The position numbers and the translations under genes are program-made. Positions 28,912 through 38,951 of a stretch of DNA of 64,000 bases are shown piece after piece (position 1 is the stretch's first letter; each line of letters begins with the position of its first letter). This DNA comes from Bdellovibrio sp. (lineage in GTDB: Bacteria > Bdellovibrionota > Bdellovibrionia > Bdellovibrionales > Bdellovibrionaceae). The stretch lies in NCBI GenBank assembly GCA_031428275.1, contig JANPPC010000018.1, positions 25,196 to 89,195 of the forward strand, read 5' to 3'. The notes under the pieces were generated by a model, which did no database searches, was not told where the DNA came from, and worked only from the letters and a program-made list of their open reading frames with translations.

Positions 28912-31113
28912 TTACAAAATTAATTCTAAAGCGGCTTCGACAATTTCTTTCTTCTTCGGTAGGCCAAGAGTCGAAGCGGGGCCAAGTGGAATAAAACAAT
29001 CATCTGCTGAAACGATTTTAATTTTTGGAAACCTATCTAATCGTTCGGCCAGGGCTGTTACGATGGCTTCGCTGAAGCTTCCGGTCTTTCGACACTCTTC
29101 AACGATCAGAATTTTTTTGTAACGGCTGGCGACCAGGGCTACCTTTTCCCAATCAACGGGAGAAAGCCAACGGAAATCTAAAATTTTGACTTTCACTTTG
29201 TGAACAGTGCTAAGCTCTACCTCGGCCTGCCGAGAATAAAAATATCCGTTTCCGTATGTCATAATTAGAAGATCATCACCGTCACCGTAGAGGTTAAATT
29301 GGCCAAGTGGAGTCATCTCTTCTAATTGAGAATAGACCGAGGCCCATAGTTTATCGCCCTCGTTGCACAAATCACGAGTCATATAAAGCGCAATGGGTTC
29401 GATAAAAATACAGACGCGTCCATTTTCGTTAGCTTCTTTTACGCAAGTTCTTAGCATCGTTACCGCATCGGCGCCGTTCGATGGCACGGCTACAATAAGC
29501 CCTGGAATATCACGAAAAACTGCAAGAGAATTATCATTGTGAAAGTGCCCACCAAACCCTTTTTGATACGCAAGTCCGGGAATGCGAACCACCAGGCCAT
29601 TCGTAAATTGCCCTTTTGAAAAAAAGGCCAGTGTGGCCGCTTCTCCACGAATCTGATCTTCGGCATTATGGAAGTAGGCTAAAAATTGAATCTCGCAAAT
29701 CGGTAAAAAATTGTTATGCGCTAAGCCGATCGCTGTCCCTAAAATTGTGGTTTCATCTAAAATAGTATTAAAAATTCTGCGAGCACCAAATTTTTTGTGT
29801 AAACCTTCCGTGACATTAAATACTCCACCTTTTTCGGCAACGTCTTCACCAAAAAGCAACGTATTTTTGTATTGAAGCAGAATATCCTGCAGACAAAAAT
29901 TGATCAGTTTTGCCATATGAAAAACTTGATTCAGCTTTTTATAATCGGTGGCAAATAAAGCTTCGCGTAACGATTCTTCGGAAAGGGGCGGGCCGTTGCG
30001 TTTGGGAATGCACGCAGTAAGCGATTCACTAACCGCAGATTGATTTTCTAAAGCAGGCTTTGCTAACGCCAGGCTTGCGATATGCTTAACCTCGGCACGA
30101 ATATTTTCATAAATTTGGATTAATTCACTTCCCGACGCAACTCCATTTTCAATTATAATTCTTGCTGTATGTAGTAATGGGTCATTAAGTTCTGCCTTTT
30201 GAATTTCTTCTTGCTGTAAATAACTCCGTTCGATGTCTGAACTTGCGTGGCCCATCAGTCTTATTGTTTTCATATGAAGAAAAACAGGCTGGTGTCGGAC
30301 CCTAGAAATTCTTTCGGCATCTTTGGCTTTAACGAATGTATCTAACAAATTGAGTCCGTCACACTGTATGTAGTGCAGAGCTGGTTTTTGGCTAAAGTTA
30401 TTTTCAATCCAATGATTTGGCGTTGAAGTTGAAATGCCAATACCATTATCTTCGCAAATAAAGACAAGAGGAAGCGGGATGTTCTGGTAAGCGATCCAGG
30501 CTGCCGCATTGAAAGCCGCTTGAGCCGAAGCATGATTGATAGAGGCATCACCGAAACTACAAAGCACTACGCTATTTTCGGGAACCGCACCTTGTACCGC
30601 TAAATCCCGCGCGCGCTTGATTGCATAGGCCATTCCCACGGCTTTTGAAAGATGCGATGCGATCGTGCTTGTTTGGGGTGGAATAAATAACGGCTTACTT
30701 CCCAGAACTTTGTGCCGTCCGCCAGATATAGGGTCCGCGCTTGAAGACACGAAAGACAACATTAAATCAAGTAAATGGGTCGAATCTTCTAGCTGCTTCG
30801 AACGCTGGATCATCAACGCGCAACTTCGGTAATGAAGAAAGGCCATGTCAGTGTATAAAAAAGCCTTCCCGAAAGCCGCATTACCTTCGTGGCCGGCGCT
30901 GCCAATCGTGTAAAAACACTTACCTTCATTTTTAAGTAATTGCGCAGCGAAATCGAAGTGTCGACTTGTTGCTTGGCTAGAAAATAGATCTAAAAGCTCG
31001 GTGCCGGTAAGACCCGCCTGCTGAAGTGAAACCTTAATTTTAGATAAGGGAAGATTGCCGCTTTTAATAAGGCGGGTGAAATTTTGATCAATAACATCAG
31101 CGCGATTGTACAT
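28912..31113 (-). CDS. Fused 2-oxoacid dehydrogenase E1 alpha/beta (TPP-dependent)
   Basis: GDA...EDN TPP motif, GEDVAEKGGVF, EIQFLAY and HFHNDN; transketolase-like C-terminus. Confidence 0.85.
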   Translation of the reverse strand: MYNRADVIDQNFTRLIKSGNLPLSKIKVSLQQAGLTGTELLDLFSSQATSRHFDFAAQLLKNEGKCFYTIGSAGHEGNAAFGKAFLYTDMAFLHYRSCALMIQRSKQLEDSTHLLDLMLSFVSSSADPISGGRHKVLGSKPLFIPPQTSTIASHLSKAVGMAYAIKRARDLAVQGAVPENSVVLCSFGDASINHASAQAAFNAAAWIAYQNIPLPLVFICEDNGIGISTSTPNHWIENNFSQKPALHYIQCDGLNLLDTFVKAKDAERISRVRHQPVFLHMKTIRLMGHASSDIERSYLQQEEIQKAELNDPLLHTARIIIENGVASGSELIQIYENIRAEVKHIASLALAKPALENQSAVSESLTACIPKRNGPPLSEESLREALFATDYKKLNQVFHMAKLINFCLQDILLQYKNTLLFGEDVAEKGGVFNVTEGLHKKFGARRIFNTILDETTILGTAIGLAHNNFLPICEIQFLAYFHNAEDQIRGEAATLAFFSKGQFTNGLVVRIPGLAYQKGFGGHFHNDNSLAVFRDIPGLIVAVPSNGADAVTMLRTCVKEANENGRVCIFIEPIALYMTRDLCNEGDKLWASVYSQLEEMTPLGQFNLYGDGDDLLIMTYGNGYFYSRQAEVELSTVHKVKVKILDFRWLSPVDWEKVALVASRYKKILIVEECRKTGSFSEAIVTALAERLDRFPKIKIVSADDCFIPLGPASTLGLPKKKEIVEAALELIL

Positions 31114-31500
31114 CTAAAATCCTGAACACGAAAGTTTGAATCTAAGATCTTCAGCAATCCACAAATCCATACTGATGTGGGCTGCAAATTTAAAAGCCTG
31201 CTTTAGATCGTCATAACTAATGGTATTCTCACGAAAAAACATCATGTACCCTCGACGAAAAATAAAACAAGTTAATTTAGATTTCGGATTCGTTGGTATA
31301 TGTAAATGCTTCTTCAGACTATCATCAAGTAATATAAACGGAACACTCTTAAATAAGTCTGACAAATTTTTTAAGTCCTGCAGTAAGCTTTCTGAATAAT
31401 CCGTATTCATTTCAACATAAAAAGAAAAAATAAGTTCTTCACTTTGGCTTAGCTTGCAAAAATCAGTGAGGGTTAAATCTTTAAAAAATAGACTACCCAT
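31114..31500 (-). CDS. Hypothetical protein (possible redox-inactive thioredoxin-like fold)
   Basis: Coupled between the oxygenase and E1 genes; no CxxC. Confidence 0.55.
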   Translation of the reverse strand: MGSLFFKDLTLTDFCKLSQSEELIFSFYVEMNTDYSESLLQDLKNLSDLFKSVPFILLDDSLKKHLHIPTNPKSKLTCFIFRRGYMMFFRENTISYDDLKQAFKFAAHISMDLWIAEDLRFKLSCSGF

Positions 31501-32176
31501 ATGGCGCCACGGGTAAAGGGGCTAACGCCATTTTTTCAAGCTCTTCAACATCAATACACCCATCCATAAAAATAACGCCGCGATAGTGCGGGCACGGATC
31601 GGCACCGTGGCGAAGGCGTGATTCATTAAATAAGTAATAATGATTTTCTGGCTGAATAGCATACTTTGCACCTTCGTGAAAAACATACGAGTTGCCGTTA
31701 TTGCCGGCAATTTCCGAGATGGGTATTTTTAAAGCCAAACAGTTTTGTTTCTGATGGGCGGGTTCTGTAAAATAATCATGAAACTGTTCGGTCTTTAAGA
31801 AATCGCGAAATAAAACGTTATTTTTGTATTCGAGCTTGTCGCAATGCTCACGAAGGCGCTTTCCGGGTTTCTGTACAAATATTTTAATTCGCGTGGGGGT
31901 GTAGAAGGAAAGTACCGGAGCCATAAGTTTTTTTACCAAATCAGTCAAAGGAGTTGCAAAATACTCCCAGGGAAATTCTTGGTTAAGGCGATTATCATAA
32001 GCTTCTAGGTCGGTGTGACTTTTGGTTCCGCGAATAGAATAGCCATACCAGACATCTTGATCCACGCCATTTTTTACAACTTCGTTGATAATTGAAATTT
32101 GGTCTGTGGGATGCACTTCGAAAGGGAGTTTGAAGAGAAGCTTGTTGCGAAGTAAAAGTTCACTTAAGTTTGACAT
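31493..32176 (-). CDS. Fe(II)/2OG AspH-like oxygenase 1
   Basis: TRIKIF...EHCD (HxD)...RHGAD...YRG. Confidence 0.7.
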   Translation of the reverse strand: MSNLSELLLRNKLLFKLPFEVHPTDQISIINEVVKNGVDQDVWYGYSIRGTKSHTDLEAYDNRLNQEFPWEYFATPLTDLVKKLMAPVLSFYTPTRIKIFVQKPGKRLREHCDKLEYKNNVLFRDFLKTEQFHDYFTEPAHQKQNCLALKIPISEIAGNNGNSYVFHEGAKYAIQPENHYYLFNESRLRHGADPCPHYRGVIFMDGCIDVEELEKMALAPLPVAPYG

Positions 32177-32286
32177 CTGAATCAACTATAGCCACTTCTG
32201 TAAAGGTGTTGCAAAGGAGGAGCGCCGCACTAATCAATATAGTTGCCCGAATGGGCGAACTTTGCTTGAATCAGTCAGAGGTAAAA

Positions 32287-33390
32287 ATGAAGTCTAAAAA
32301 GCTGATAGCCGATAATTTTATTAAACTTCATTTAGAAAAGTATGGCCTAAACGGAACCAATACTCAAAAGAATCCGCCAGCAAATTTTCCAGTGTGGTCA
32401 GCTAAAACTTCTGAAAAACAATTAAGCCAGATAACGGGAGTTAAATTTGGCTACAATGGTCAGGTTTTCAATTGGCGAGAAAGCTCAACGTGCATGTTCT
32501 GGGTTGATTACGGAAACGAAAGCGGTGCCTTGCCGACAACTTTTTTATCTGAATGCCTAAAGGCCGTAGATCAAATAGCCAATCGATACAGTACTTTCAG
32601 CATACCTTTTTTAGGTTCAACATTTAGCCAGGTTTTATTATCCATCGTATCTGAAACCCAGCATAATTATCGAATTACAATCCCGGCCTGCTTAGATTGC
32701 CCAGCTTTAAATTTTGAGTCTGAGTTTAATTCTAAAATTAATTTTGATCGCAAATATACGACCCTTGTCGAAACGATTGAGTTTTCTGAAGAAGAGTTTG
32801 TAGCATTTCTTCGCGAGATGACGGCCGAAGTAAGGTGTGCGGACCCGATTGTCGCATTCTCGGCCTTTATTGGAGCGCGATCCCAGTTTGCTCAAGTCTA
32901 CCATTCACCGTGGCCAGAAATACGAGATGAAAATTTTGACATCGTCGGTAACAAGGCAGTTGGTCCAAGTAATTGGAATGTCGTCGATAATGAAAGTCAT
33001 TTTGCAATTGCCCGCTACCTATTGAAAAAAAATAAAGAAGGAATCCACAACTTATTTTATTCTTATCCCAACATTTTTTTTGCTATTTTAAATGAAGCGG
33101 TCTGGAAACAGTGGATTAAGAAAGCCATGGAAGACAGCGATCGCCAATCTAGTTCAGAAAATTTTTTAAACGGAAAGTTTTTAGCTGAGTATTTTCCAAA
33201 TCTTTATGAGCCTACTTCTTGGATCTCGGGAATTAGCCACTTACTAAAGTTTAAGGAAGAGCTTTTGCAACATTATCCTAAAGCAAATGAAGCTTGGCTG
33301 ACACCCCTATACAGATTAATTGAGAAGCGGAAAATTCATTATGATTTTCAGTTGAATCTAAATGAATCAATTTATGGACTCGTACTTTGA
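32287..33390 (+). CDS. Degenerate PP-loop paralogue (loop lost)
   Basis: KFGYNGQVFNWRE...VDYG aligns with the 27471 N-terminus, but FLGSTFSQ replaces FSGGxDSE; start after gaggt SD. Confidence 0.6.
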   Translation: MKSKKLIADNFIKLHLEKYGLNGTNTQKNPPANFPVWSAKTSEKQLSQITGVKFGYNGQVFNWRESSTCMFWVDYGNESGALPTTFLSECLKAVDQIANRYSTFSIPFLGSTFSQVLLSIVSETQHNYRITIPACLDCPALNFESEFNSKINFDRKYTTLVETIEFSEEEFVAFLREMTAEVRCADPIVAFSAFIGARSQFAQVYHSPWPEIRDENFDIVGNKAVGPSNWNVVDNESHFAIARYLLKKNKEGIHNLFYSYPNIFFAILNEAVWKQWIKKAMEDSDRQSSSENFLNGKFLAEYFPNLYEPTSWISGISHLLKFKEELLQHYPKANEAWLTPLYRLIEKRKIHYDFQLNLNESIYGLVL

Positions 33391-33920
33391 ACCCGCTGGC
33401 TGATACGAACTTATCTGTCAAAGTCGAATATAAGATTATTAGTTTTGAAGATTGGCGTAAAGCAGTTATGCCCATGTGGAGTTGGATAAAATTTCACACT
33501 TGGATCCCGATTATAAATAATCCGTACGGCATGATTCAGTACTGTGGTGAAGAAGTGTTTTCACGATTGATTCAATTTCCAATTGCGGCATTCGTTGATG
33601 ATAAACCGGTCGGTTGGTCATTAGTTTATAATGTGTCTGATACGGTGATTCGAGTCCGAGGTGTCTACGTACTTCCCGAGGCTCGAGGTTTGGGAATCGG
33701 AACAGGTCTATATGACTTTGCCTTAAGTTTATGGCCAGAGCCGTGGACTCAGTATATTGGGTATTATGACTCTAAATCTTTAAAACATTTTATGAGAACT
33801 TGGGACTTGAAGCCAATCGCGCAATACTCTTTAAGGCATCGACAAATCCCAGCAACCAAGCAGGCAAGCGAACCTATACAATTAGCTTATCGAAAAATAA
33901 AGTTAACTGAGAAACAATAG
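33387..33920 (+). CDS. GNAT acyltransferase
   Basis: RVRGVYVLPEARGLGIG; TTGA overlap with the upstream gene. Confidence 0.8.
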   Translation: MNPLADTNLSVKVEYKIISFEDWRKAVMPMWSWIKFHTWIPIINNPYGMIQYCGEEVFSRLIQFPIAAFVDDKPVGWSLVYNVSDTVIRVRGVYVLPEARGLGIGTGLYDFALSLWPEPWTQYIGYYDSKSLKHFMRTWDLKPIAQYSLRHRQIPATKQASEPIQLAYRKIKLTEKQ

Positions 33921-34949
33921 TGGCAAAGTGATATCTGCATCTAAATAAGAAAACTTTTTTCGATCAACATTACCCGCTGAAATAAGACACACGGTGAATG
34001 AGTCTGTATCATCAGCATTACATTTTCGAACGGCTGAAATTACGGTTGCGGCCGAGGGTTCTATTCGAAAGCCCGAATGATATTTGGTAAGTGACATGGC
34101 CTCGAGTATTTCATTTTCAGAAACGGTAATAACCTGGTCTACGTTTGAAAGAAGAATTTCTTTATATTCTTTTCTGACCATGGGTGATCGTAAAGAGTCT
34201 GCAATGGTTGAATTGCAATCCATAGAATCTATATTCTTGTTGTAATAAAGTTGAAAAAAGTCACTTGCCATTTCGGGCTCAACGCCGACGATCGAAACGT
34301 CGTTGCCCATCAAAGACTTCAAAGCAACGCTACAGCCAGTTAACAATGCGCCCGAACCAATCGGACAAACAAAGCGCAGCCGTGTTTTGTTCTGAACTTT
34401 CATAAACTCTTGAAGTTGGCCAAAAACTTCAAGTCCAATTGTACCTTTAGCCGCAACCTCGTGACTGCGATCCGCTAGAAAAAATGGTAATTTGCCCTCT
34501 GTCGCGGCGATTCCCTCGACAACCTGGTAGCGCTCTTCTTCACGCAATCCTTTTTGAATAATTTTAATATTTGGCAAGTTGTAATCCTTTAAACTTTGAA
34601 TTTTTTCGCAAACGGCATCTTCTGGAATTACGATCGTCACATTAATATTTTTGTTAAACGATTGAATAGCATACAAAAAACCCCACGCTAAATTGCCGGG
34701 AGTCGTAAAAACAAGTCCGCGCTTAAAATGTTCGTCAGAAAGTCTAGAAAATATTCCTAAAGCGGCGCGAACTGTAAAGCTATTAGTTACCTGAAGGTCT
34801 TCACGCTTTAATAATACATTTCCAGTGTTGCCTTTTGAAAGCCAAGAACACGTTTGCAGCGGAGTCAAATTTAGATACGGCGCAAGTGTTTGCGAAAATT
34901 GTACAATGTCCTGAAGAGTGACTGAAACATTTTCATTTGAAAACTTCAT
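33903..34949 (-). CDS. Threonine/serine dehydratase-like PLP fold-II protein lacking the Schiff-base lysine
   Basis: LKREDLQ.T.SF(T)VR, PGN, PIGSGAL, VGVEP, EPSAA and SAGNVD; the SFK lysine is Thr59. Confidence 0.75.
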   Translation of the reverse strand: MKFSNENVSVTLQDIVQFSQTLAPYLNLTPLQTCSWLSKGNTGNVLLKREDLQVTNSFTVRAALGIFSRLSDEHFKRGLVFTTPGNLAWGFLYAIQSFNKNINVTIVIPEDAVCEKIQSLKDYNLPNIKIIQKGLREEERYQVVEGIAATEGKLPFFLADRSHEVAAKGTIGLEVFGQLQEFMKVQNKTRLRFVCPIGSGALLTGCSVALKSLMGNDVSIVGVEPEMASDFFQLYYNKNIDSMDCNSTIADSLRSPMVRKEYKEILLSNVDQVITVSENEILEAMSLTKYHSGFRIEPSAATVISAVRKCNADDTDSFTVCLISAGNVDRKKFSYLDADITLPLLFLS

Positions 34950-35516
34950 CTAAAGGTCAGCCCTTTTTTCTAGTTTATTGATAGCGATTTCAAGCTTGCT
35001 GAGTGGCATTTTAAAAATTGAAACGGAGTTGTTGCCTGATTTTAAGTAGCCTTGCCAAGGACGGTCATTGGTAATAAATTCATATCCAAGATTCTTTAAG
35101 AAATCTATTCTTTTAGAATTTCCGATCGCGGTACCAAAAATAGCTGTCGCTTGTTTGGGGTTGGCCTTGATGTGTCTGTAGGCCGCTAAACGCAAATTCA
35201 TATTAAGACTTTGATTTTTTTCTATAACTTTTGTAGCGGCCCTTGTTAAGCAGAAGCAAGGTAACTCAGAAAACTCGTGGGTGGCCGGAAATTGTAAAAG
35301 TAAATCAAACCCTTCGGGTCGAATATGATAAGTTAACCTTAAAAGTGAAATGAGCTCGCCGCTTCTTAATGCCCCGAAGTGGATTCCGTTAGCATCATTT
35401 TGGTCCCACTCAAGGCCCCTCGTATCGACATTACTTCCATACTTTGACGAAAAAGCATTTTTTCGAAGTTCTACGATTTGATCTTTAAATTCTGCATTTA
35501 AGATTTGTATAACCAA
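34950..35516 (-). CDS. GNAT-fold N-acyltransferase (LuxI/FeeM/ElaA-like)
   Basis: LRKNAF...LEWDQND...HFGA...ISLLRL...TRAA pattern. Confidence 0.6.
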   Translation of the reverse strand: MVIQILNAEFKDQIVELRKNAFSSKYGSNVDTRGLEWDQNDANGIHFGALRSGELISLLRLTYHIRPEGFDLLLQFPATHEFSELPCFCLTRAATKVIEKNQSLNMNLRLAAYRHIKANPKQATAIFGTAIGNSKRIDFLKNLGYEFITNDRPWQGYLKSGNNSVSIFKMPLSKLEIAINKLEKRADL

Positions 35517-35521
35517 AGTGA

Positions 35522-36193
35522 TTACCGCCCAGCAGATGGTTTAGGGTTTTGGCCGCCAACAATATTTTGATCTTTTGCCGTAAACTTATTAAACTGCGTC
35601 TTTTGTTTTAAATCAAAAAAATCGCAGATGAAGTGCACTCTTTCTTTATCTCCTTCATTGATTACCCTGTGAATCATATTGATTTTGAGTAGGTAGGCTG
35701 ACCCATCGGCCGCTAAGTGCCGCTTTTCTTGAGCGTATTCGAAAAAGCAGCTCTTATTAGTGATGATTGGAATATGAAGTCGCACTCCATAAAGCCATTC
35801 TGGATAGTCACGATGAAATGGAAGCGAGCATCCTGCTTTAAGGACTGTATATCGAGCTCGACATGGGAAGTAGTCCTCGGTACTTAAAAAATCGATAACC
35901 TTCTTAATTTCACCCGTACAGAGTTCAGTTGGAGTGCGGTAGTATTGGGGGCCTTTAAAATTCAATTTCAGATTATTTTCTCTGACTTCGGCGATCGTTT
36001 TAGCTTCGACACTTGACGGAGGGAGCTCTTGTACCCAACCATCCGAATAAGATGCAGTAGATGCAGTAACGCTCCACCCGCCAAAGTGCTTTCCCATCAT
36101 GACCGGTGGCAAAGTCCGGGTTGACGCAATAAATTCTTTGCAAAGCTGCTGGTGATCGAAAGGAATATGTATTTTCTCAAAATATTCAGACAT
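35522..36193 (-). CDS. Fe(II)/2OG AspH-like oxygenase 2
   Basis: FGGWSV, RARY, PFHRD, RLHIPI and HRVIN...ERVH. Confidence 0.8.
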   Translation of the reverse strand: MSEYFEKIHIPFDHQQLCKEFIASTRTLPPVMMGKHFGGWSVTASTASYSDGWVQELPPSSVEAKTIAEVRENNLKLNFKGPQYYRTPTELCTGEIKKVIDFLSTEDYFPCRARYTVLKAGCSLPFHRDYPEWLYGVRLHIPIITNKSCFFEYAQEKRHLAADGSAYLLKINMIHRVINEGDKERVHFICDFFDLKQKTQFNKFTAKDQNIVGGQNPKPSAGR

Positions 36194-36294
36194 GAATGTC
36201 TAATTCCCCCGATTAATAATGGTAGATTACTAAATTCTTAAAATTCTGCAAAAACTATCTTTCAATTTTTGGCTTGTTCATATATTTTAATTAA

Positions 36295-36966
36295 ATGGAC
36301 TCCCGAATAGAACTAGTAAATCAGCAAAGACTTATACTTTATCTTCAGCCATTTTTGTATGGTGACTTTATGCCTCTTAAGTTTAAAGTCGATTTGCCCA
36401 CATTTGAAACCCAAGTTAGCAAATTTGATTCGAACTGGGTTATTTATAATAAGCATCGCGGCGATACAGGCCGCTTAGGGTTAAGCCTTACTTCGTTAGA
36501 CGGCGGAATGACCGGAGATCCTGACTTGCAAAGTCTTTATCAGCACGCGAAAGAAACGGGCAAAAGTTATTCAGAAAATGATTTTTGTAACCGGACTGAT
36601 GCTTATCGCGGATTAACTTGCTTACACGAGTTATTAAATGCTTTTGAAGGTGGCTTGGGCAGATGCCGCATAGTAAAATTTAGTGCCGGTGGATTTTTTC
36701 CTCCACACCGAGATCAATCTATAAAATTTCAAGTTCCAGATTATTTCAGAATTTTTGTTCCCCTTCAAAACGCCAACCCAGAAAATTTCTATTTTATTTA
36801 CGAGCATAAAAAAATTCAATTTGAGCCGGGACGGGCATATCTATTTAATGCGTTGAAGACGCACAGCGTTTTTTCGTTCGTGAATAATGCATATACTTTA
36901 GCATTGAGTTTAAAACTTAACTCAACCAATATAATGTGCGCTATTAATAGTTTAGCAACGAAATAA
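36295..36966 (+). CDS. Fe(II)/2OG AspH-like oxygenase 3
   Basis: GLSLTS, GRCR, PPHRD and NALKTHSV. Confidence 0.75.
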   Translation: MDSRIELVNQQRLILYLQPFLYGDFMPLKFKVDLPTFETQVSKFDSNWVIYNKHRGDTGRLGLSLTSLDGGMTGDPDLQSLYQHAKETGKSYSENDFCNRTDAYRGLTCLHELLNAFEGGLGRCRIVKFSAGGFFPPHRDQSIKFQVPDYFRIFVPLQNANPENFYFIYEHKKIQFEPGRAYLFNALKTHSVFSFVNNAYTLALSLKLNSTNIMCAINSLATK

Positions 36967-36976
36967 TAGGAACAAT

Positions 36977-37603
36977 ATGATTTCTGAAAAATGGATAACT
37001 AAATTTGATATTCAAAAACTACAGAAACAACTTTATAATGAAGTTTTAGCTAAAGAGATCACTCGACAATCGGCGGCCTTTGGCGGCTGGTCAGTTTTGT
37101 CGGGAAATGGCGATTACCAAGATGGCTGGCAGAGGGGACATATTTTGTTGAATCCCAGCGCTAGTCAGGAAGATAAGCGCCGAATCAAAGATTCTATACC
37201 AAAAAAATTTAGTGAGTATACCGTTGAGACAGAAATTTGTTCAGGCTACTTAAAAGAAGTAATAGACTACGTTCGCCAGGCGCAACTGCAGCCATATCGA
37301 GCCAGAATTATTTGTCTGACCGCCGGACTCGCTTCTACTTGGCATCGAGATACGCCCAGTAAACACTATGCCGTTCGCTTGCATATTCCAATTGTGACTA
37401 ATCCTGAATGCTTTTTTGAAACTAAAACCGAGAAAGAACATTTTCCTGCAGATGGTTCAGCTTATTTTGTCTATGTAAACCGTGAGCACCGAGTTTACAA
37501 CGCTGGAGCTTCAGATCGATATCATCTTGTAATCGATGTGAATGACGAAACTAATGTTTCGAAGTATCATCGGAAAAAAGAATTTGTGCCAAAAGAAGAT
37601 TAG
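36977..37603 (+). CDS. Fe(II)/2OG AspH-like oxygenase 4
   Basis: FGGWSV, RARI, TWHRD, RLHIPI and EHRVYN...DRYH. Confidence 0.8.
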   Translation: MISEKWITKFDIQKLQKQLYNEVLAKEITRQSAAFGGWSVLSGNGDYQDGWQRGHILLNPSASQEDKRRIKDSIPKKFSEYTVETEICSGYLKEVIDYVRQAQLQPYRARIICLTAGLASTWHRDTPSKHYAVRLHIPIVTNPECFFETKTEKEHFPADGSAYFVYVNREHRVYNAGASDRYHLVIDVNDETNVSKYHRKKEFVPKED

Positions 37604-38100
37604 TCATGATTTATTTAAAAATCGCATTAAGCATAATTTCTCAAGACAACGAACTGAATATTCTTTAGTGCTGGCATCGTAAACTTCGACTGGTCGCGGA
37701 ATAAAATCATCTACTTTTTTGAAGCCAAACTTTTCGTAGTAGCTAATCATCGCCTCAGTACAGAACAGAATAAATTCTGGCTTTTTTTCGTAAGTTAAAA
37801 TAAGTTTTGAAATCATTTGCTGGCCATAGCCTAAGTTTCTTTTATCTTTTCTGATAATAATGCCCCGAATGCGAATACATTTTTGCGAATTAAAACAGGC
37901 GGCGATCCAACCAACTTGTTCTTGATCCACTACTAAAGCCCATGCTTTTAAATTTTTATCGCATATATCTATTCCCATCAGCTGAATAGAATAAAATAGA
38001 TTGCTGTGCAGGGTTGGTTTGTCACCAAAGCGAGCGGCTTCAGATACCGAGTAGTGTTCAAGCCACAATGGCGGAGAAACCTCAATTAGTTGAGCCAAAC
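37604..38100 (-). CDS. GNAT acyltransferase (start uncertain, near 38100)
   Basis: RIRGIIIRKDKRNLGYG and YYEKFGF; overlaps the stop of the 38082 gene. Confidence 0.7.
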
Positions 38101-38951
38101 GTAGCCTCCAAACTATTAAATTCAGGCTGAGAAATACCAAGGTATTTCCGAAAAAACCCAGCCAACGGAAATGCGGCCTGTTGAAATTTTTCATTGAGTG
38201 GCTTGGTCGATTGAAAGTCTTGCGCAGTCCCGATAAAAGCGTAGTGAAGTGGAATACTGGCGTTGCCAAGTTCACGCCACATTAGACGCTCGATTCCGTC
38301 ATTATGCGGGTGAAGAAACGTTTTTTTATTAAAAGTTGAAGTCAAGCCAGTGAAATAAGATTTAAATACTTGCGGGCTTACCTTTAAAATATTTTCGACG
38401 GCCAAAATATTATAGTGATTTAAAGCAACTCCAACTTGATGGATACGCTCATTTTCAAGGTAAACCCAATAAGGAGGCCCATATTCGCGGTTAAGTGATC
38501 TTGTAAATGACGCGTTTAGCACACGTAGGTAACCCTGTGGCCATAATACAGGTTGATTGATAGATCGCGAGGCTTGAATATATTGAAGTGTGGCGCGATC
38601 ACTGATTCCAAAAAGTGCCTCACATTCAAGGACTGTTTTTTGATCCCATCTTTTAAAATCACTTAAAACTAAAATATTTACGGCATGAATATTCTGCGTG
38701 ATTTGTTTTAATGCTGAAGCAACCACCGAACCGTCATCAAGAATGGTGATCGGTCCGAAAGCTTCTACAAGTCGAATGATAGCTTGTTGCAAAGCGTTTT
38801 CCAGGGGCATGTCGGTAATTCTAGCTAGATTATCTAACTCAAAAAAGTAAAGATCTTCTTGTTTTTCGGCTTTCACCCAAGATATCTTATCATATCCACT
38901 TTGATAAAATGGCTCTGTGGCTAGAAAGAAACTTGGTGAAAATTTTTTCAT
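38082..38951 (-). CDS. Probable highly degenerate PP-loop paralogue
   Basis: ITILDDGSVVAS sits at the position of IHILFSGGVDSE, and ILKVSPQVFKSYF resembles FFQYTPELIYSYL; homology is inferred by eye. Confidence 0.5.
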   Translation of the reverse strand: MKKFSPSFFLATEPFYQSGYDKISWVKAEKQEDLYFFELDNLARITDMPLENALQQAIIRLVEAFGPITILDDGSVVASALKQITQNIHAVNILVLSDFKRWDQKTVLECEALFGISDRATLQYIQASRSINQPVLWPQGYLRVLNASFTRSLNREYGPPYWVYLENERIHQVGVALNHYNILAVENILKVSPQVFKSYFTGLTSTFNKKTFLHPHNDGIERLMWRELGNASIPLHYAFIGTAQDFQSTKPLNEKFQQAAFPLAGFFRKYLGISQPEFNSLEATFGSTN

